Virus record (IMG/VR): IMGVR_UViG_3300043411_000704 | Coordinates: 16,257 to 80,256 of that record | Source: a virus | Reading direction: 5' to 3' (one strand) | DNA: 64,000 bases | Part shown: positions 28,460-38,737 of the stretch, piece after piece | How positions within the stretch are numbered: position 1 is the first letter of the stretch | Layout: every line of letters begins with the position of its first letter | Notes under the pieces: generated by a model | Seen by the model: the letters and a program-made list of their open reading frames with translations, nothing else | Database searches by the model: none | Told to the model about the DNA's origin: nothing | Program-made: the position numbers and the translations under genes

Positions 28460-29271
28460 AAATAAAATTCGTAGGACATAGTGGTGCTTTTGCACCGATA
28501 GAAAAAGGTAATAGTAATATGCTATTCATTTCTGATAGTGGAAAAATGTTGGCATTTGATATGGGGACCACATGGCCATATATCTATCGCGATGAATGGA
28601 AAGCAGATTTTAAAGATATAGATGCACTTTATATTTCGCATTTGCACTCAGATCATGCGGCGATTGAACAATTTGCATTCTCCCGATTTTTTATGCCTAA
28701 AAAGGATAATAATGGGACAATCATCAAACCTAAATTGTTTATGGTCAAGTCTCTAATGAAAGAGGCATGGGAGACCACATGGAAAGGAGGACTCGAATCT
28801 TTACAAGGCAAGATTATGAATCTGACAGATTATTTTGAGTGTTGTCCAGTGTCAGATAATAAGTCGTTTATATGGGAAGGGTATTCATTTACACCGATTC
28901 AAACAGTTCATGTTAGATCTGGTTATATAATCAAACATTCATATGGATTGGGTATTAGGAAACTGCCGGAAAAAATTACGGGCGGAACAACCAGACTTGT
29001 GGATGAATCGACATATGATTGTTATGTGACATCCGACACTATGTTTGATCCACAATTAGCTGAATTTTATAAAAAATCTAAAATAATTTTTAGTGATTGT
29101 GAGGTGTCACCATTTAGATCACATGTGCATCCCAATTATGATGATCTAAAAACACTTGTGCCCGAATATAAGAAAAAAATGTGGTTATATCATTATAATA
29201 ATGAGGCACCTACATGGGTGGAAGATGGATTTGCAGGATTTGTCAAAAAAGGACAGGAATTCGTTTTCTAA
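28456..29271 (+). CDS. Metallo-beta-lactamase fold hydrolase (RNase Z/phosphodiesterase-like)
   Basis: ISHLHSDH, TVH, TSDT, HVH and LYHY motifs. Confidence 0.88.
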   Translation: MKIKFVGHSGAFAPIEKGNSNMLFISDSGKMLAFDMGTTWPYIYRDEWKADFKDIDALYISHLHSDHAAIEQFAFSRFFMPKKDNNGTIIKPKLFMVKSLMKEAWETTWKGGLESLQGKIMNLTDYFECCPVSDNKSFIWEGYSFTPIQTVHVRSGYIIKHSYGLGIRKLPEKITGGTTRLVDESTYDCYVTSDTMFDPQLAEFYKKSKIIFSDCEVSPFRSHVHPNYDDLKTLVPEYKKKMWLYHYNNEAPTWVEDGFAGFVKKGQEFVF

Positions 29272-29774
29272 TGAAAAATAAATTTACAATTTTACTTAAA
29301 ACCGTGGAGATTCCGTTGAAAACCATAGTAAAAAACGGAGTGAATCCATGTGATCGAACTGGATTTCAAAAATTATATGCACATCACTTATGCAAACCAT
29401 CAACACATGTGATTTTGGATAAGGTTTTAGAATTATCTAATTCACAAGGTATAGAGTTTGCTACACATAATTGTCGATGGATAGACACTATTGGTGAACA
29501 GACTGAAACAAAGTTTAGATCAACAAATGGTGAGGACGCTATTGATCTACCTATAAGTCATTATATCAACTATATTTTGAAGGCACGACAGAAATTAGAA
29601 ATTGCTCACAATGAACGGAACAGTGTTAAGTGGTATCATTTTGACAGAAAATCAGACATCCAGAAAAGAATATATGAAGCTGAGTTCATGATTGGATATT
29701 GTTCCAAATTTAGAGCCGCAGATATCACATTTCCATCGTTCAAACGTCAGTGGTTTTTAGATCTTTATTATTAA
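29271..29774 (+). CDS. Hypothetical protein
   Basis: Start at MKNKF overlapping the upstream stop (TAATG). Confidence 0.65.
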   Translation: MKNKFTILLKTVEIPLKTIVKNGVNPCDRTGFQKLYAHHLCKPSTHVILDKVLELSNSQGIEFATHNCRWIDTIGEQTETKFRSTNGEDAIDLPISHYINYILKARQKLEIAHNERNSVKWYHFDRKSDIQKRIYEAEFMIGYCSKFRAADITFPSFKRQWFLDLYY

Positions 29775-30265
29775 TGAATGACAAAATTAAAATTCATCCA
29801 CATTTCGTTCGCAATACCGATCAAATTGTTTCGTATGTAAAAAAACATTTTGATACGAAGTTCAAACCTCGGATTGGAGACGACCGACATACAGGTATTA
29901 TACCAAAAGTATATTCAGATTTCTGCACTTTAAAGGATGTGGATATGGATAAACAGTTGATAGATCTCATTTTTTCAGATAATGATTTTGATCCTGATTT
30001 GAAAGATTTTTATAATTTTATTCAAATTCAACGATACCTACCTGGACAATTCATATGTCCCCACTATGACCAGTATTCCATTCGTAAATTACATTTGATA
30101 ACATTGACATCAAGTGATTATGACGGTTTATATATCGAAGATGGATTTGGTGGCATTAAATTTGCACCAGATGTTGCAGGACAGTATATAGATTTTGATA
30201 ATTCATTGATTCATTGGGTTGGACCAGTTAGAGAAGAGCGGTATTCTATGGTTATAGGTGAATAA
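29774..30265 (+). CDS. 2OG-Fe(II) oxygenase
   Basis: RYLPGQFICPHYD (HxD), IHWVGPV (distal H) and RYS (2OG-binding RxS). Confidence 0.8.
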   Translation: MNDKIKIHPHFVRNTDQIVSYVKKHFDTKFKPRIGDDRHTGIIPKVYSDFCTLKDVDMDKQLIDLIFSDNDFDPDLKDFYNFIQIQRYLPGQFICPHYDQYSIRKLHLITLTSSDYDGLYIEDGFGGIKFAPDVAGQYIDFDNSLIHWVGPVREERYSMVIGE

Positions 30266-30304
30266 CACTTGAAATCCTATATTTGGTGTTATCAATATTA
30301 GATA

Positions 30305-31633
30305 ATGCCTAAATTTGTAAAACCTGAGATTGAAAAAAAGTTTGTCCCTAAATTTGAACCGCCCAAGTTTTTAATCGACCCCTTTTATAATCCGTGGAAG
30401 GACAATGTTTTTAAAAGAACAAACCTTTCCAGGATAATTCATAATGCTAAATTAAAGTCTATTAAACTACCACCTCCTGGTGAAAATCTTCCACGAGTTT
30501 TACACTATTGTGCAGACCAAGGTGGATGTGCATTTTGGAGGCTTATTTTTCCAGGTAATGAATTGCTGGCAAATAATAAAGCCGTGGTTCAGACAATGTA
30601 TCAAATGCTGGCTGATCCTAGCGTATATAATGGGCTGTCTGCAATCCGTTTACAACGGCAATGTAGTGATATTCAATTAGACTTCATTAAACATCTAAGG
30701 AATATCTCAGACTCGTTTAAACAACAGGGTAAAGAAGGATTCAAAATTATATATGAAGTTGATGACCTGATTTCCAATTCTGAAATAACCGACTTCAATC
30801 TGTGCAAAGCAGGATTCACTGATCCTAAGATTGTAGAAAATGTTAAAAACGTTATTCAGTATTGTCACGAAATGGTAGTCCCTTCACAATATATGGCGGA
30901 TTATTATCGTAAACTACTTAATTACGATAAAATTTCGGTCATACCAAATTATGTTCCAAAATATTGGTTTGATAAAGGTGTGACTGTCGAACATTCGGTA
31001 AACCGATATATTAAAAATAAAGAAAAACCTCGTATTCTATATGCAGGTAGTTCGACGCATTTTGATGTTGCAAACCTTAATGGTATGGTTGATGATTTTT
31101 ATCATGTGAACGACGTAATCCTTCGGGATATTGAAATAGATAAAAAATATCAATGGATTTTTGTCGGTGGATATCCATATAGACTCAAAAAATATGTGGA
31201 TGATAAAACTATTAAATATCATAATTGGACCTCCATGACCGAATACCCATCATTATTGAACAGCACTGATGCACAGATTATGCTAGCACCGCTGATGAAT
31301 AATTCGTTCAATAAAGCAAAGGCGAATATTAAACTAACTGAAGGTGCTGCACTAGGGATTCCTACGGTTGCTCAGAATCTTGAGTGTTATAATTCAGATG
31401 GGTGGAAATATTTGTTTACTACTGGTGAGCAAATGATGGAACAAATTACGGCTATATTAGCATCAGAAGACAGTTATAGAAGTGCGGTTACTAATGCTAA
31501 ACAATATGTCGATAGATATTGGTTAGGAGATCACCTAGATGAATGGACTAAGCTCTACACCACACCGTATGGAGACAGTTCAAGAAAAGAACTTACTGAT
31601 TTTTATGAACGAAACAAAAAACAATTTGAATGA
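30305..31633 (+). CDS. GT-B glycosyltransferase
   Basis: GGCAFWR, YEVDD, VIPNY, YAGSSTH and APLMNNSFNKAKANIKLTE motifs. Confidence 0.85.
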   Translation: MPKFVKPEIEKKFVPKFEPPKFLIDPFYNPWKDNVFKRTNLSRIIHNAKLKSIKLPPPGENLPRVLHYCADQGGCAFWRLIFPGNELLANNKAVVQTMYQMLADPSVYNGLSAIRLQRQCSDIQLDFIKHLRNISDSFKQQGKEGFKIIYEVDDLISNSEITDFNLCKAGFTDPKIVENVKNVIQYCHEMVVPSQYMADYYRKLLNYDKISVIPNYVPKYWFDKGVTVEHSVNRYIKNKEKPRILYAGSSTHFDVANLNGMVDDFYHVNDVILRDIEIDKKYQWIFVGGYPYRLKKYVDDKTIKYHNWTSMTEYPSLLNSTDAQIMLAPLMNNSFNKAKANIKLTEGAALGIPTVAQNLECYNSDGWKYLFTTGEQMMEQITAILASEDSYRSAVTNAKQYVDRYWLGDHLDEWTKLYTTPYGDSSRKELTDFYERNKKQFE

Positions 31634-31634
31634 T

Positions 31635-31874
31635 ATGAAAGCAAAACCACCTATATTTCCTCCGAATAGAGTATTCCAAAATCATTGGTTGAATGGTATG
31701 ACTGAAACCCCTGAATCTATTTTGGCGACTAAAGAATGGAGCGATGCAATGAATCACTGTGATACCAAAGCTGTAGAAGCACGTAAAAATCTGGTGTTGG
31801 GCTCGTTAATGCAATTGAAACCTGGGACACATGGTGCCAGAATATATTCAGAATCTGACCAAAAAACAATTTGA
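31635..31874 (+). CDS. Hypothetical protein
   Basis: Probable start MKAKPP just after the GT stop codon. Confidence 0.55.
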   Translation: MKAKPPIFPPNRVFQNHWLNGMTETPESILATKEWSDAMNHCDTKAVEARKNLVLGSLMQLKPGTHGARIYSESDQKTI

Positions 31875-32464
31875 CTGATAAATTTATGATAAAAGCACCT
31901 AGAATATATAAAAAAGAAGAACTAACTTTCGCCAATGTTGATGGTAAAGTAGAGGTTTCAGCCGCAGATAATAGTGCAATTCCTATTCTAACATCATTTC
32001 AATATGAGGATTTGCAGTTTCCTAAAGTTGATGACATGGTGGTCGATGAATTCAATATAAAATTTCACCAAGAACAATACCTTCCAAGTATTCTACATAA
32101 ATTGGCTGACACAGCAGAAGAAATAGCATCACCATTGACATGGAAACGTGATTTTGATAATGTAGACGCCGATTACATGTCTGAATTGATAGGTGATGCA
32201 ACCTTTGTGATTGCAACACCGAAAATATGCATAATGATACAACTCCGAAGAGATTTTGAGCCTCTTGTTATAAACTGCTATCGTCACATACATGAAGTTG
32301 GTATGTTATCAACTAAAACCCAAGTGTATAGGGATGTCTTGTATCAAGAAATCATCTCCTTTGATAAATCAGATAGTCCGCCCGAATTTTTGATAACCGA
32401 TACAAAAATGTATTGGATAAGAAAACCTTATAGTGTGTTTGAGAATTTGATAAAACCTTTATAA
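31871..32464 (+). CDS. Hypothetical protein
   Basis: 197-aa ORF. Confidence 0.7.
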   Translation: MTDKFMIKAPRIYKKEELTFANVDGKVEVSAADNSAIPILTSFQYEDLQFPKVDDMVVDEFNIKFHQEQYLPSILHKLADTAEEIASPLTWKRDFDNVDADYMSELIGDATFVIATPKICIMIQLRRDFEPLVINCYRHIHEVGMLSTKTQVYRDVLYQEIISFDKSDSPPEFLITDTKMYWIRKPYSVFENLIKPL

Positions 32465-32595
32465 ATGATCATAAAAAAGACTGATTTGAATGATATTAAA
32501 TCCTGGAAGACCCGAGATTTATTGAGTGGTAAAATTAAATTTAAAGATAATCCAGCGCTTTTGTTGAAGATCAAAAAGGAAATTAGAAGAAGAAC

Positions 32596-32624
32596 TAGAC
32601 AAGGGTGATCAGATGTGGTAGATT
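32596..32624 (+). promoter_or_regulatory. Sigma70-like promoter of the DNA polymerase gene
   Basis: TAGACA-N17-TAGATT with extended TG, 6 nt before the ATG at 32631. Confidence 0.6.
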
Positions 32625-32630
32625 GATCAA

Positions 32631-35183
32631 ATGAGTTACCGCAATTGCTATTTTTGTAGAAAACATTCGACCATCCATCTTTGGAATTACCAATCCGATG
32701 GAACGCCTGTAAAAAACGAGTATTTCTTTAAGCCGTATATCTATTTACCTGCTGGTAAACCTGATGAGGCACAAATGTGGGGTATTGATGGTGTTCCATT
32801 GGTAAAAAAAGAATTTAACTATGAATGGGAGAGACGTAAATTTGTTGAAGGATATAAAGGAACTGTATATTTTAATTTACCCCCAACACAACAATATTTG
32901 TTGGAAAATTATCACCACAAGGATATTAGTGAACTTACACAGTTTCCGCTAAGAACCTTCTTTTTTGATATCGAAGTTATTGCCGACGAATTTCCGACTG
33001 CAAGCGAATCTAAATTTCCATTGACTTCTGTTACAGTATATGATTCACAGGCAAAAAAATATTATGTGTGGGGAATCAAACGCTATGATGAATATTCTTG
33101 TAAAGATCATTTAGAAGGCATTGAACCTGATGAAATTGTATACGAATATTGTGCGGATGAGAAATATCTGTTGGTTAAATTTCTAAAATTTTGGAGACGT
33201 AATTTTCCAGATTTGATAGTTGGATATAACTCCTCAAGTTTTGATGTGCCATATATAGTAGGACGTATTGAAAAGGTTTTGGGTGAAGGAAAGAGTGCCA
33301 AACTGTCTCCTGTGGATAGCATATATGGCAAGGAACAGACGAATAAATTTGGCCAGTCATATCAAGAATTTTCTATTGGGGGTATTTCTCACATAGACTA
33401 TATGGTTCTATACAAAACCTTTACTCCAGGCGAACGGGAAAGTGATGCACTAGATTATGTGTGTAATGAGGAATTAGGAATTGGTAAACTAGACTATACA
33501 GGTGAATCACTATCATCATTAATGCACCGGGATTGGAACAAGTTCATTAATTACAATATTTGGGATGTAAAACTAATGATTTTGTTGGATGATAAAAGAA
33601 AATATTTAGAAATTGCCAAGTTTTCTGCTTTTTCAGGGTTCTGTAATGTGGATAAAGCATTAGGAAAAGTCGCAATCATTACTGGAGTTCTGGCTAAGCA
33701 AGCATTATCAGATGGTAAAATAATCACCACCCAAGATGAAGGTGAACATGAAACTATTCCTGGTGGATTTGTGAAAATTCCTAAACCTGGAATGTATGAA
33801 AGTGTTACAAGTATAGATCTCAATAGTTTGTATCCAAATGTAATCATTACACTTAACATTTCCCCTGAGACTAAGCGTGCTAAAGTTGTCAAAAAAGTGG
33901 GGGATGACCTAACAGTTTTTTTGTTCCTTGAAAAAAAATATATCAACTTAAAAATCAATGAATTAATCGTATTTGCTAAAAATAAGGGCTGGTCCATGTC
34001 TGCATCAGGAGTGTTATTTGACCAAAAAGTGCAGAGTGTGTGCTCTAAGTTCGTGGACGGATTATATCAGAAACGAAAAGCGGTCAAAGCTAAAATGCTC
34101 AGGCTTGAAGCAGAAAAAAATCAGGATAAAAAGCTGATTTCTCAATTAGATACCGAACAATACTTGTATAAAATTCTTTTAAATTCTACATATGGAGTGT
34201 TGGCGAACCGTTTTTTTGCATTATATGATATTGATTGTGCCAAATCAATCACCACCACAGGACAGGCACTTATCAAAGAATCGGAAAGGCTAACAAATAA
34301 AATAATAAATGAAAAATATGATCTAGACCATGATCATGTTTGCGCAGGTGATACGGATAGTTTATATTTAACACTTGTTAAAGTTCTGGAGAAGTTAGAT
34401 ATTAAAATTGCGGACAGTGAAGGCAATCTGACACCTGAATTTGAAGAAGTTGAGAATTATATTGTAGATTCCATTAATGACGGTGTTACCGAATGGGCAA
34501 AGACTAAATTGAATTCTACTGATCCTCGTTTTGAATTCAAACGAGAATCGGTATGCCCCAAAGCCATATGGGTTGGAAAAAAACACTATATTCTTCGTAT
34601 CATCAATAAGGAAGGAGTGAAGATGGATAAGATCAAATACTCTGGTTTGTCTGTAGTTAAAGCCACATTTTCGGATCAAGTCAAAGCTGTGACTAAGGGC
34701 ATTGTGAAACAGATAATGGCTGATAATACCAAATCGCAATGTGATGCGCTTTTTATTAAAGAATATGAGAATTTTAACAGTTTGGATACCAAATATATTG
34801 CTACTAGATCATCTATGAAAGTTCTAGATAAATGGGGCTCACAGTGTGTTGGATTAAAATCAGTTAAAGGGTGTCCGCGTCATGCCAAGTGGTCGGTTTA
34901 TCATAACCACCTCAGAAAAGAACTTGGTTTGGAACATAAATACCCTGAAATTGAAGATGGCAAGAAAATCAAATTGATATATGTAGAACCCAATAAATAT
35001 AATATTGATGGAATTGCATACCTTGATGAATTTCCTACAGAATTCGGTTTAAATCCTGATAAAGATAAAATGTTTGAAATATGTGTAATCAAATGTTTAC
35101 AACCAATTTATGAGGCTATTGGCTGGAAGATTCCCAACCCACATATTCAATATGACAATACGGAGGATGAAGTATTTGGCTAA
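32631..35183 (+). CDS. 43: Family B DNA polymerase, T4 gp43-like
   Basis: Exonuclease motifs FDIE, GYNSSSFD, YNIWD; polymerase motifs DLNSLYP, KILLNSTYG, AGDTDS, KKHY. Confidence 0.97.
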   Translation: MSYRNCYFCRKHSTIHLWNYQSDGTPVKNEYFFKPYIYLPAGKPDEAQMWGIDGVPLVKKEFNYEWERRKFVEGYKGTVYFNLPPTQQYLLENYHHKDISELTQFPLRTFFFDIEVIADEFPTASESKFPLTSVTVYDSQAKKYYVWGIKRYDEYSCKDHLEGIEPDEIVYEYCADEKYLLVKFLKFWRRNFPDLIVGYNSSSFDVPYIVGRIEKVLGEGKSAKLSPVDSIYGKEQTNKFGQSYQEFSIGGISHIDYMVLYKTFTPGERESDALDYVCNEELGIGKLDYTGESLSSLMHRDWNKFINYNIWDVKLMILLDDKRKYLEIAKFSAFSGFCNVDKALGKVAIITGVLAKQALSDGKIITTQDEGEHETIPGGFVKIPKPGMYESVTSIDLNSLYPNVIITLNISPETKRAKVVKKVGDDLTVFLFLEKKYINLKINELIVFAKNKGWSMSASGVLFDQKVQSVCSKFVDGLYQKRKAVKAKMLRLEAEKNQDKKLISQLDTEQYLYKILLNSTYGVLANRFFALYDIDCAKSITTTGQALIKESERLTNKIINEKYDLDHDHVCAGDTDSLYLTLVKVLEKLDIKIADSEGNLTPEFEEVENYIVDSINDGVTEWAKTKLNSTDPRFEFKRESVCPKAIWVGKKHYILRIINKEGVKMDKIKYSGLSVVKATFSDQVKAVTKGIVKQIMADNTKSQCDALFIKEYENFNSLDTKYIATRSSMKVLDKWGSQCVGLKSVKGCPRHAKWSVYHNHLRKELGLEHKYPEIEDGKKIKLIYVEPNKYNIDGIAYLDEFPTEFGLNPDKDKMFEICVIKCLQPIYEAIGWKIPNPHIQYDNTEDEVFG

Positions 35184-35193
35184 ATACCTAGTG

Positions 35194-35478
35194 ATGAAGA
35201 AAAAATGGGAAAATTATATATCTAAAATAAAAAGGATATATAATATCATCTTTGAGACCCGTGATTTGGAAGAAATTCGTGCAGATTATTATGCAGCAAA
35301 GTGGATTTCTAAAGAAGAATTACGAAGACTGATGAAATATGAGATTGAACAACTTACAAATTTGTTAATTGCCGAAAAAGATAGTAGTAAAATATTGTTT
35401 GAGAATTTTAATCTGGCAACCATGAGAAATAGTTTTGATATAGAAGAAAAAACGATAAAAAGTGGAAGAAAATATTGA
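35194..35478 (+). CDS. Hypothetical protein
   Basis: Start MKKKW, 7 nt after TAAATA (35181-35186). Confidence 0.6.
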   Translation: MKKKWENYISKIKRIYNIIFETRDLEEIRADYYAAKWISKEELRRLMKYEIEQLTNLLIAEKDSSKILFENFNLATMRNSFDIEEKTIKSGRKY

Positions 35479-35676
35479 TGCAAAAGAGAAATATAAAATT
35501 GATTATGGATGATACCTGTTACGTGTTGAATGACCATGAACCACCATTCAGTCTTCTACCAGAAGAAATAAAAGAATTATACCGATTATGTGTAAAATTT
35601 AAATACATGCTAGAACCCTGTGATTTTTTTGTGAAAATCACTTGAAATCATGTTTTTCGTTGTTTAATAAAAGACA

Positions 35677-36036
35677 ATGAGCAAAATAATAGCAATTTAT
35701 GAAGATGTGGCAAGATTAGTCGTTGGTGAAGTGGTTGAAGAAACACCAGAGTTTTATAAACTTAAAAATCCGGTGATCGCAATGGCAAAATCACCGCAAC
35801 CCGGACAATTTCAAACTGAATTTATTCCGTATGAAATGGTGAGTGTTGAACCTCAACCTTTGCCTCTCAGGGCAATGTGTGAAGAATCATATAATGGTAT
35901 TATGACCTTTCAGAAAAAGGGGTTACGAATGGATAATGTTCCACTTAGAGCAGATCTATTGGATGGATATAAGCAAAAAATTGCGGGTCAACCTGTTCAA
36001 AAAGCACCTGAAAAGAATATAGTTAAATTATTTTAA
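35677..36036 (+). CDS. Hypothetical protein, Sm-like fold possible
   Basis: LVVGEVVEE...KLKNPV pattern of the small beta-barrel proteins of T4-like phages. Confidence 0.65.
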   Translation: MSKIIAIYEDVARLVVGEVVEETPEFYKLKNPVIAMAKSPQPGQFQTEFIPYEMVSVEPQPLPLRAMCEESYNGIMTFQKKGLRMDNVPLRADLLDGYKQKIAGQPVQKAPEKNIVKLF

Positions 36037-36075
36037 TACACAAAACCGCAAAAACAATACTAAATAGAAAATCTC

Positions 36076-36342
36076 ATGGCAGAAGAAACAGAAAATACAG
36101 AAAATACCGTCAGCGCCAATTCAGTGGTAGCTGAACTATATGCAGCATATACCGCAGATTATGCAAAGTTCACTGATAAAGGAACTGCACAAGCTGCTGC
36201 TCGTGCTCGAAAGGCTCTTTCAGCACTAGGAAAAGCAGTTAAACCCGCTCGTAAAGAACTTCAACTTGCAAAGGTTGAGGCGGTCGCAAAGAAACGTGCG
36301 GCAAAGGCTGCTGCAAAAGCAGCTACACCGGTTGCAGAATAA
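36076..36342 (+). CDS. Histone H1-like (Hc1-like) nucleoid protein
   Basis: KFTDKGTAQAAARARKALSALGK...RKE core plus Lys/Ala-rich tail. Confidence 0.75.
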   Translation: MAEETENTENTVSANSVVAELYAAYTADYAKFTDKGTAQAAARARKALSALGKAVKPARKELQLAKVEAVAKKRAAKAAAKAATPVAE

Positions 36343-36366
36343 TAAGCATATACAAATAATAAAGTT

Positions 36367-36400
36367 AAAACGCAAAGAAGTCAAATTCTTTGCGTTTTTT
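36367..36400 (+). terminator. Rho-independent terminator
   Basis: aaaacgcaaagaa-gtcaaa-ttctttgcgtttt hairpin followed by Ts. Confidence 0.85.
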
Positions 36401-36441
36401 CTTGAAACGGACTTGACGATTTGTTAAATTGTGCTCTATAT

Positions 36442-37521
36442 ATGGCAGTCAACAAAGCATTAATTGAAAAAATCAAGAAAAATTCATCAATCAAAGATGT
36501 AACGATACTTTCAAATTCCAAATTTTATAACGAAAAAACATTTGTAAATACAAAAATACCAGCACTCAATATTCTTTTGTCAGGTGACTTGGATAAAGGA
36601 TGGGGATCAGGATTAACATTTTGGGCAGCAGACTCAAAACATTTTAAGACCGCATTTGTGCTAACACTGGTGAAAGCATACTTAGATGCAAACGAAGATT
36701 CGGTTATTGTGTTTTATGATTCTGAATTTGGTGCGCCTCCACCATATTTTACTGCCTTTGGAATTGATACAGATCGTGTTATACACTGTCCCATAACTTG
36801 TATAGAGGATTTAAAGTTTGATTTAGTTAAACAACTAAAGGACTTCAGTAGGGATGATAAAGTTGCGATAATGATTGATTCGATTGGCAATTTGGCATCA
36901 ACCAAAGAAGTGCAAAATGCAGAGGAACATAATCAGGCTAAAGATATGACTCGTGCCCAAGAATTGAAGAGTCTGTGGAGAATGATTACGCCGCATCTAA
37001 CGATTAAAGATGTGCCAATGGCAGCAATTAATCATGTATACGAGGAACAGAAGATGTATGGTAAATCAATCATGAGTGGCGGTAAAGGTGGGATCTTGTC
37101 ATCAGACAATATTTTCTTTATCAGTAAATCACAAGAAAAAGATAAAACAACCAATGAATTATTGGGTAATAATTTCACCGTAACGGCAGAAAAGAGTAGG
37201 TTAATTAAAGAACGATCAAAAATCACCTTCAATGTAACCTTTGAAGGTGGTATCAACCGTTGGAGCGGTCTGCTAGATATTGCACTGGATTCTGGTCATG
37301 TAGTTAAACCTAAAATGGGGTGGTATGCAAGAGTCCTGAACGGTAAACAAGAGGAAACTCTATACAGAGAGAAAAATACCAATACGGAAGATTTTTGGAA
37401 ACCAATTCTTGCAGATCCAACCTTTAAGGAATTTGTGAAGGAAAGTTTCTCATTAGGACAAGTTGAAATGATTCAGGATAAATCCGCAACCGAAATCGCA
37501 GAAGAATTGGGCGAAGAATAA
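36442..37521 (+). CDS. uvsX: RecA-like recombinase UvsX
   Basis: ALNILLSG, ADSKHFKT, FYDSEFG, IDSIGNLAS, DMTRA, INHVY and SGGKG motifs; start set at MAVNK. Confidence 0.95.
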   Translation: MAVNKALIEKIKKNSSIKDVTILSNSKFYNEKTFVNTKIPALNILLSGDLDKGWGSGLTFWAADSKHFKTAFVLTLVKAYLDANEDSVIVFYDSEFGAPPPYFTAFGIDTDRVIHCPITCIEDLKFDLVKQLKDFSRDDKVAIMIDSIGNLASTKEVQNAEEHNQAKDMTRAQELKSLWRMITPHLTIKDVPMAAINHVYEEQKMYGKSIMSGGKGGILSSDNIFFISKSQEKDKTTNELLGNNFTVTAEKSRLIKERSKITFNVTFEGGINRWSGLLDIALDSGHVVKPKMGWYARVLNGKQEETLYREKNTNTEDFWKPILADPTFKEFVKESFSLGQVEMIQDKSATEIAEELGEE

Positions 37522-37538
37522 GTAAAAAGAACATTAAT

Positions 37539-37841
37539 ATGATAAAAGCGACATTAAAATCAACAGGATGGCGGGCAGACGAACCAAAAACAAATGAATA
37601 TCTGATCGAAGAAGATAAAGTAGCATTTGATAAATTAGAAAACAACGGAACAAAAACACCCGTCACCTTTGGCGAACTGTATAATGTGTATAAAGATAGA
37701 AAATCTTATACTAAAGTGGATGCAGGATATGAAAAGACTGTTCTTAACGTTGAAATGTTTGAAAATTGGTTTTTTAAAACATATGTTCCTAAAGGATTAT
37801 ATGACAGAATGATCTCCGTAAAATTTGAAAAAGTAGGATGA
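37539..37841 (+). CDS. Hypothetical protein, paralog of 37838-38143
   Basis: Shares MIK...PKT.E.L...VA...L...G.K...T.G.L...YK.R...FE.WF with its neighbour. Confidence 0.75.
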   Translation: MIKATLKSTGWRADEPKTNEYLIEEDKVAFDKLENNGTKTPVTFGELYNVYKDRKSYTKVDAGYEKTVLNVEMFENWFFKTYVPKGLYDRMISVKFEKVG

Positions 37842-38143
37842 TTAAATCTGTAATAACATTATCGTCAATGTTTGTTGATAAACCTAAAACAATAGAAATT
37901 CTGTTGAACGATAATGATGTGGCAATGGAACATCTGGATGAAGCAACGGGTTCAAAAGTAAAAACTACGGTTGGTCAACTGTTTGACCTTTACAAACGAC
38001 GGAGTGTGTATTACAATGATGGCCGCGAAGTGGATTCACAGATAACGCCTGATGTTTTTGAACAATGGTTTTATTTCAAACATATAAACGGAAAAGCATT
38101 TAGTCAAAGAATTTTAAAAATTGAACATCAACGAATAAAATGA
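37838..38143 (+). CDS. Hypothetical protein, paralog of 37539-37841
   Basis: Tandem paralog with ATGA overlap. Confidence 0.75.
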   Translation: MIKSVITLSSMFVDKPKTIEILLNDNDVAMEHLDEATGSKVKTTVGQLFDLYKRRSVYYNDGREVDSQITPDVFEQWFYFKHINGKAFSQRILKIEHQRIK

Positions 38144-38553
38144 AAGCACAAAATAAATTACGTAGAGAAATAATGTTGTATGCAGCAACAGATGCCAATT
38201 ACTTACCATATAAAGATGTATCAAATTATACGACTGATATAGATGTTGAAAATACTTGGACGCATTTTATCGAAGAACACCATTCTTATGGCCCACAAGA
38301 TGTGATAACTGATTTTAGATATCAGGGCGAAGATTCAAATTGTAATTCCAAAGAATGGTCTCGACACTATGACCATGAAGAACGAGCAGTTCAGTGTTGC
38401 GATGGATCATGGGTAGGTTACACTTTTTGGTCAGGCGGCGGCAATCATGGAACACCTGAAGAAATTGATTATATATCAGATGCATATGATATTGTGGTAG
38501 AAAAAGAATATAAAATTATTAAACGCGAATTTAAAAGAGTTGATGAAAAATAA
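38140..38553 (+). CDS. Hypothetical phage protein
   Basis: WSRHY...DGSWVGYTFWSGGGNHGTPE. Confidence 0.8.
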   Translation: MKAQNKLRREIMLYAATDANYLPYKDVSNYTTDIDVENTWTHFIEEHHSYGPQDVITDFRYQGEDSNCNSKEWSRHYDHEERAVQCCDGSWVGYTFWSGGGNHGTPEEIDYISDAYDIVVEKEYKIIKREFKRVDEK

Positions 38554-38737
38554 ATATTTCTTTGACCAAGATGATGATTGTCATTGGTATTTGATTGACA
38601 ACGATATGCGATTTGAATGGTTCCAATGGAAGGAATTAGCAAGTAACACAACAGAAAGTCTAAGCACCCCTTATTTTGCACAGGCACTAGGTTGTAATCC
38701 ATCTAGATATGTGTTTGAAAACCCTGATAAGTTATGA
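38543..38737 (+). CDS. Hypothetical protein
   Basis: QDDDCHWYLI motif of small phage ORFs. Confidence 0.7.
   Translation: MKNKYFFDQDDDCHWYLIDNDMRFEWFQWKELASNTTESLSTPYFAQALGCNPSRYVFENPDKL

Noticed and set aside
33107-35092. Antisense ORFs inside gp43, and similar shadow ORFs across the window (e.g. 56447, 57369, 58221)
   Set aside because: They lie fully opposite well-supported genes and have no motifs or expression signals.
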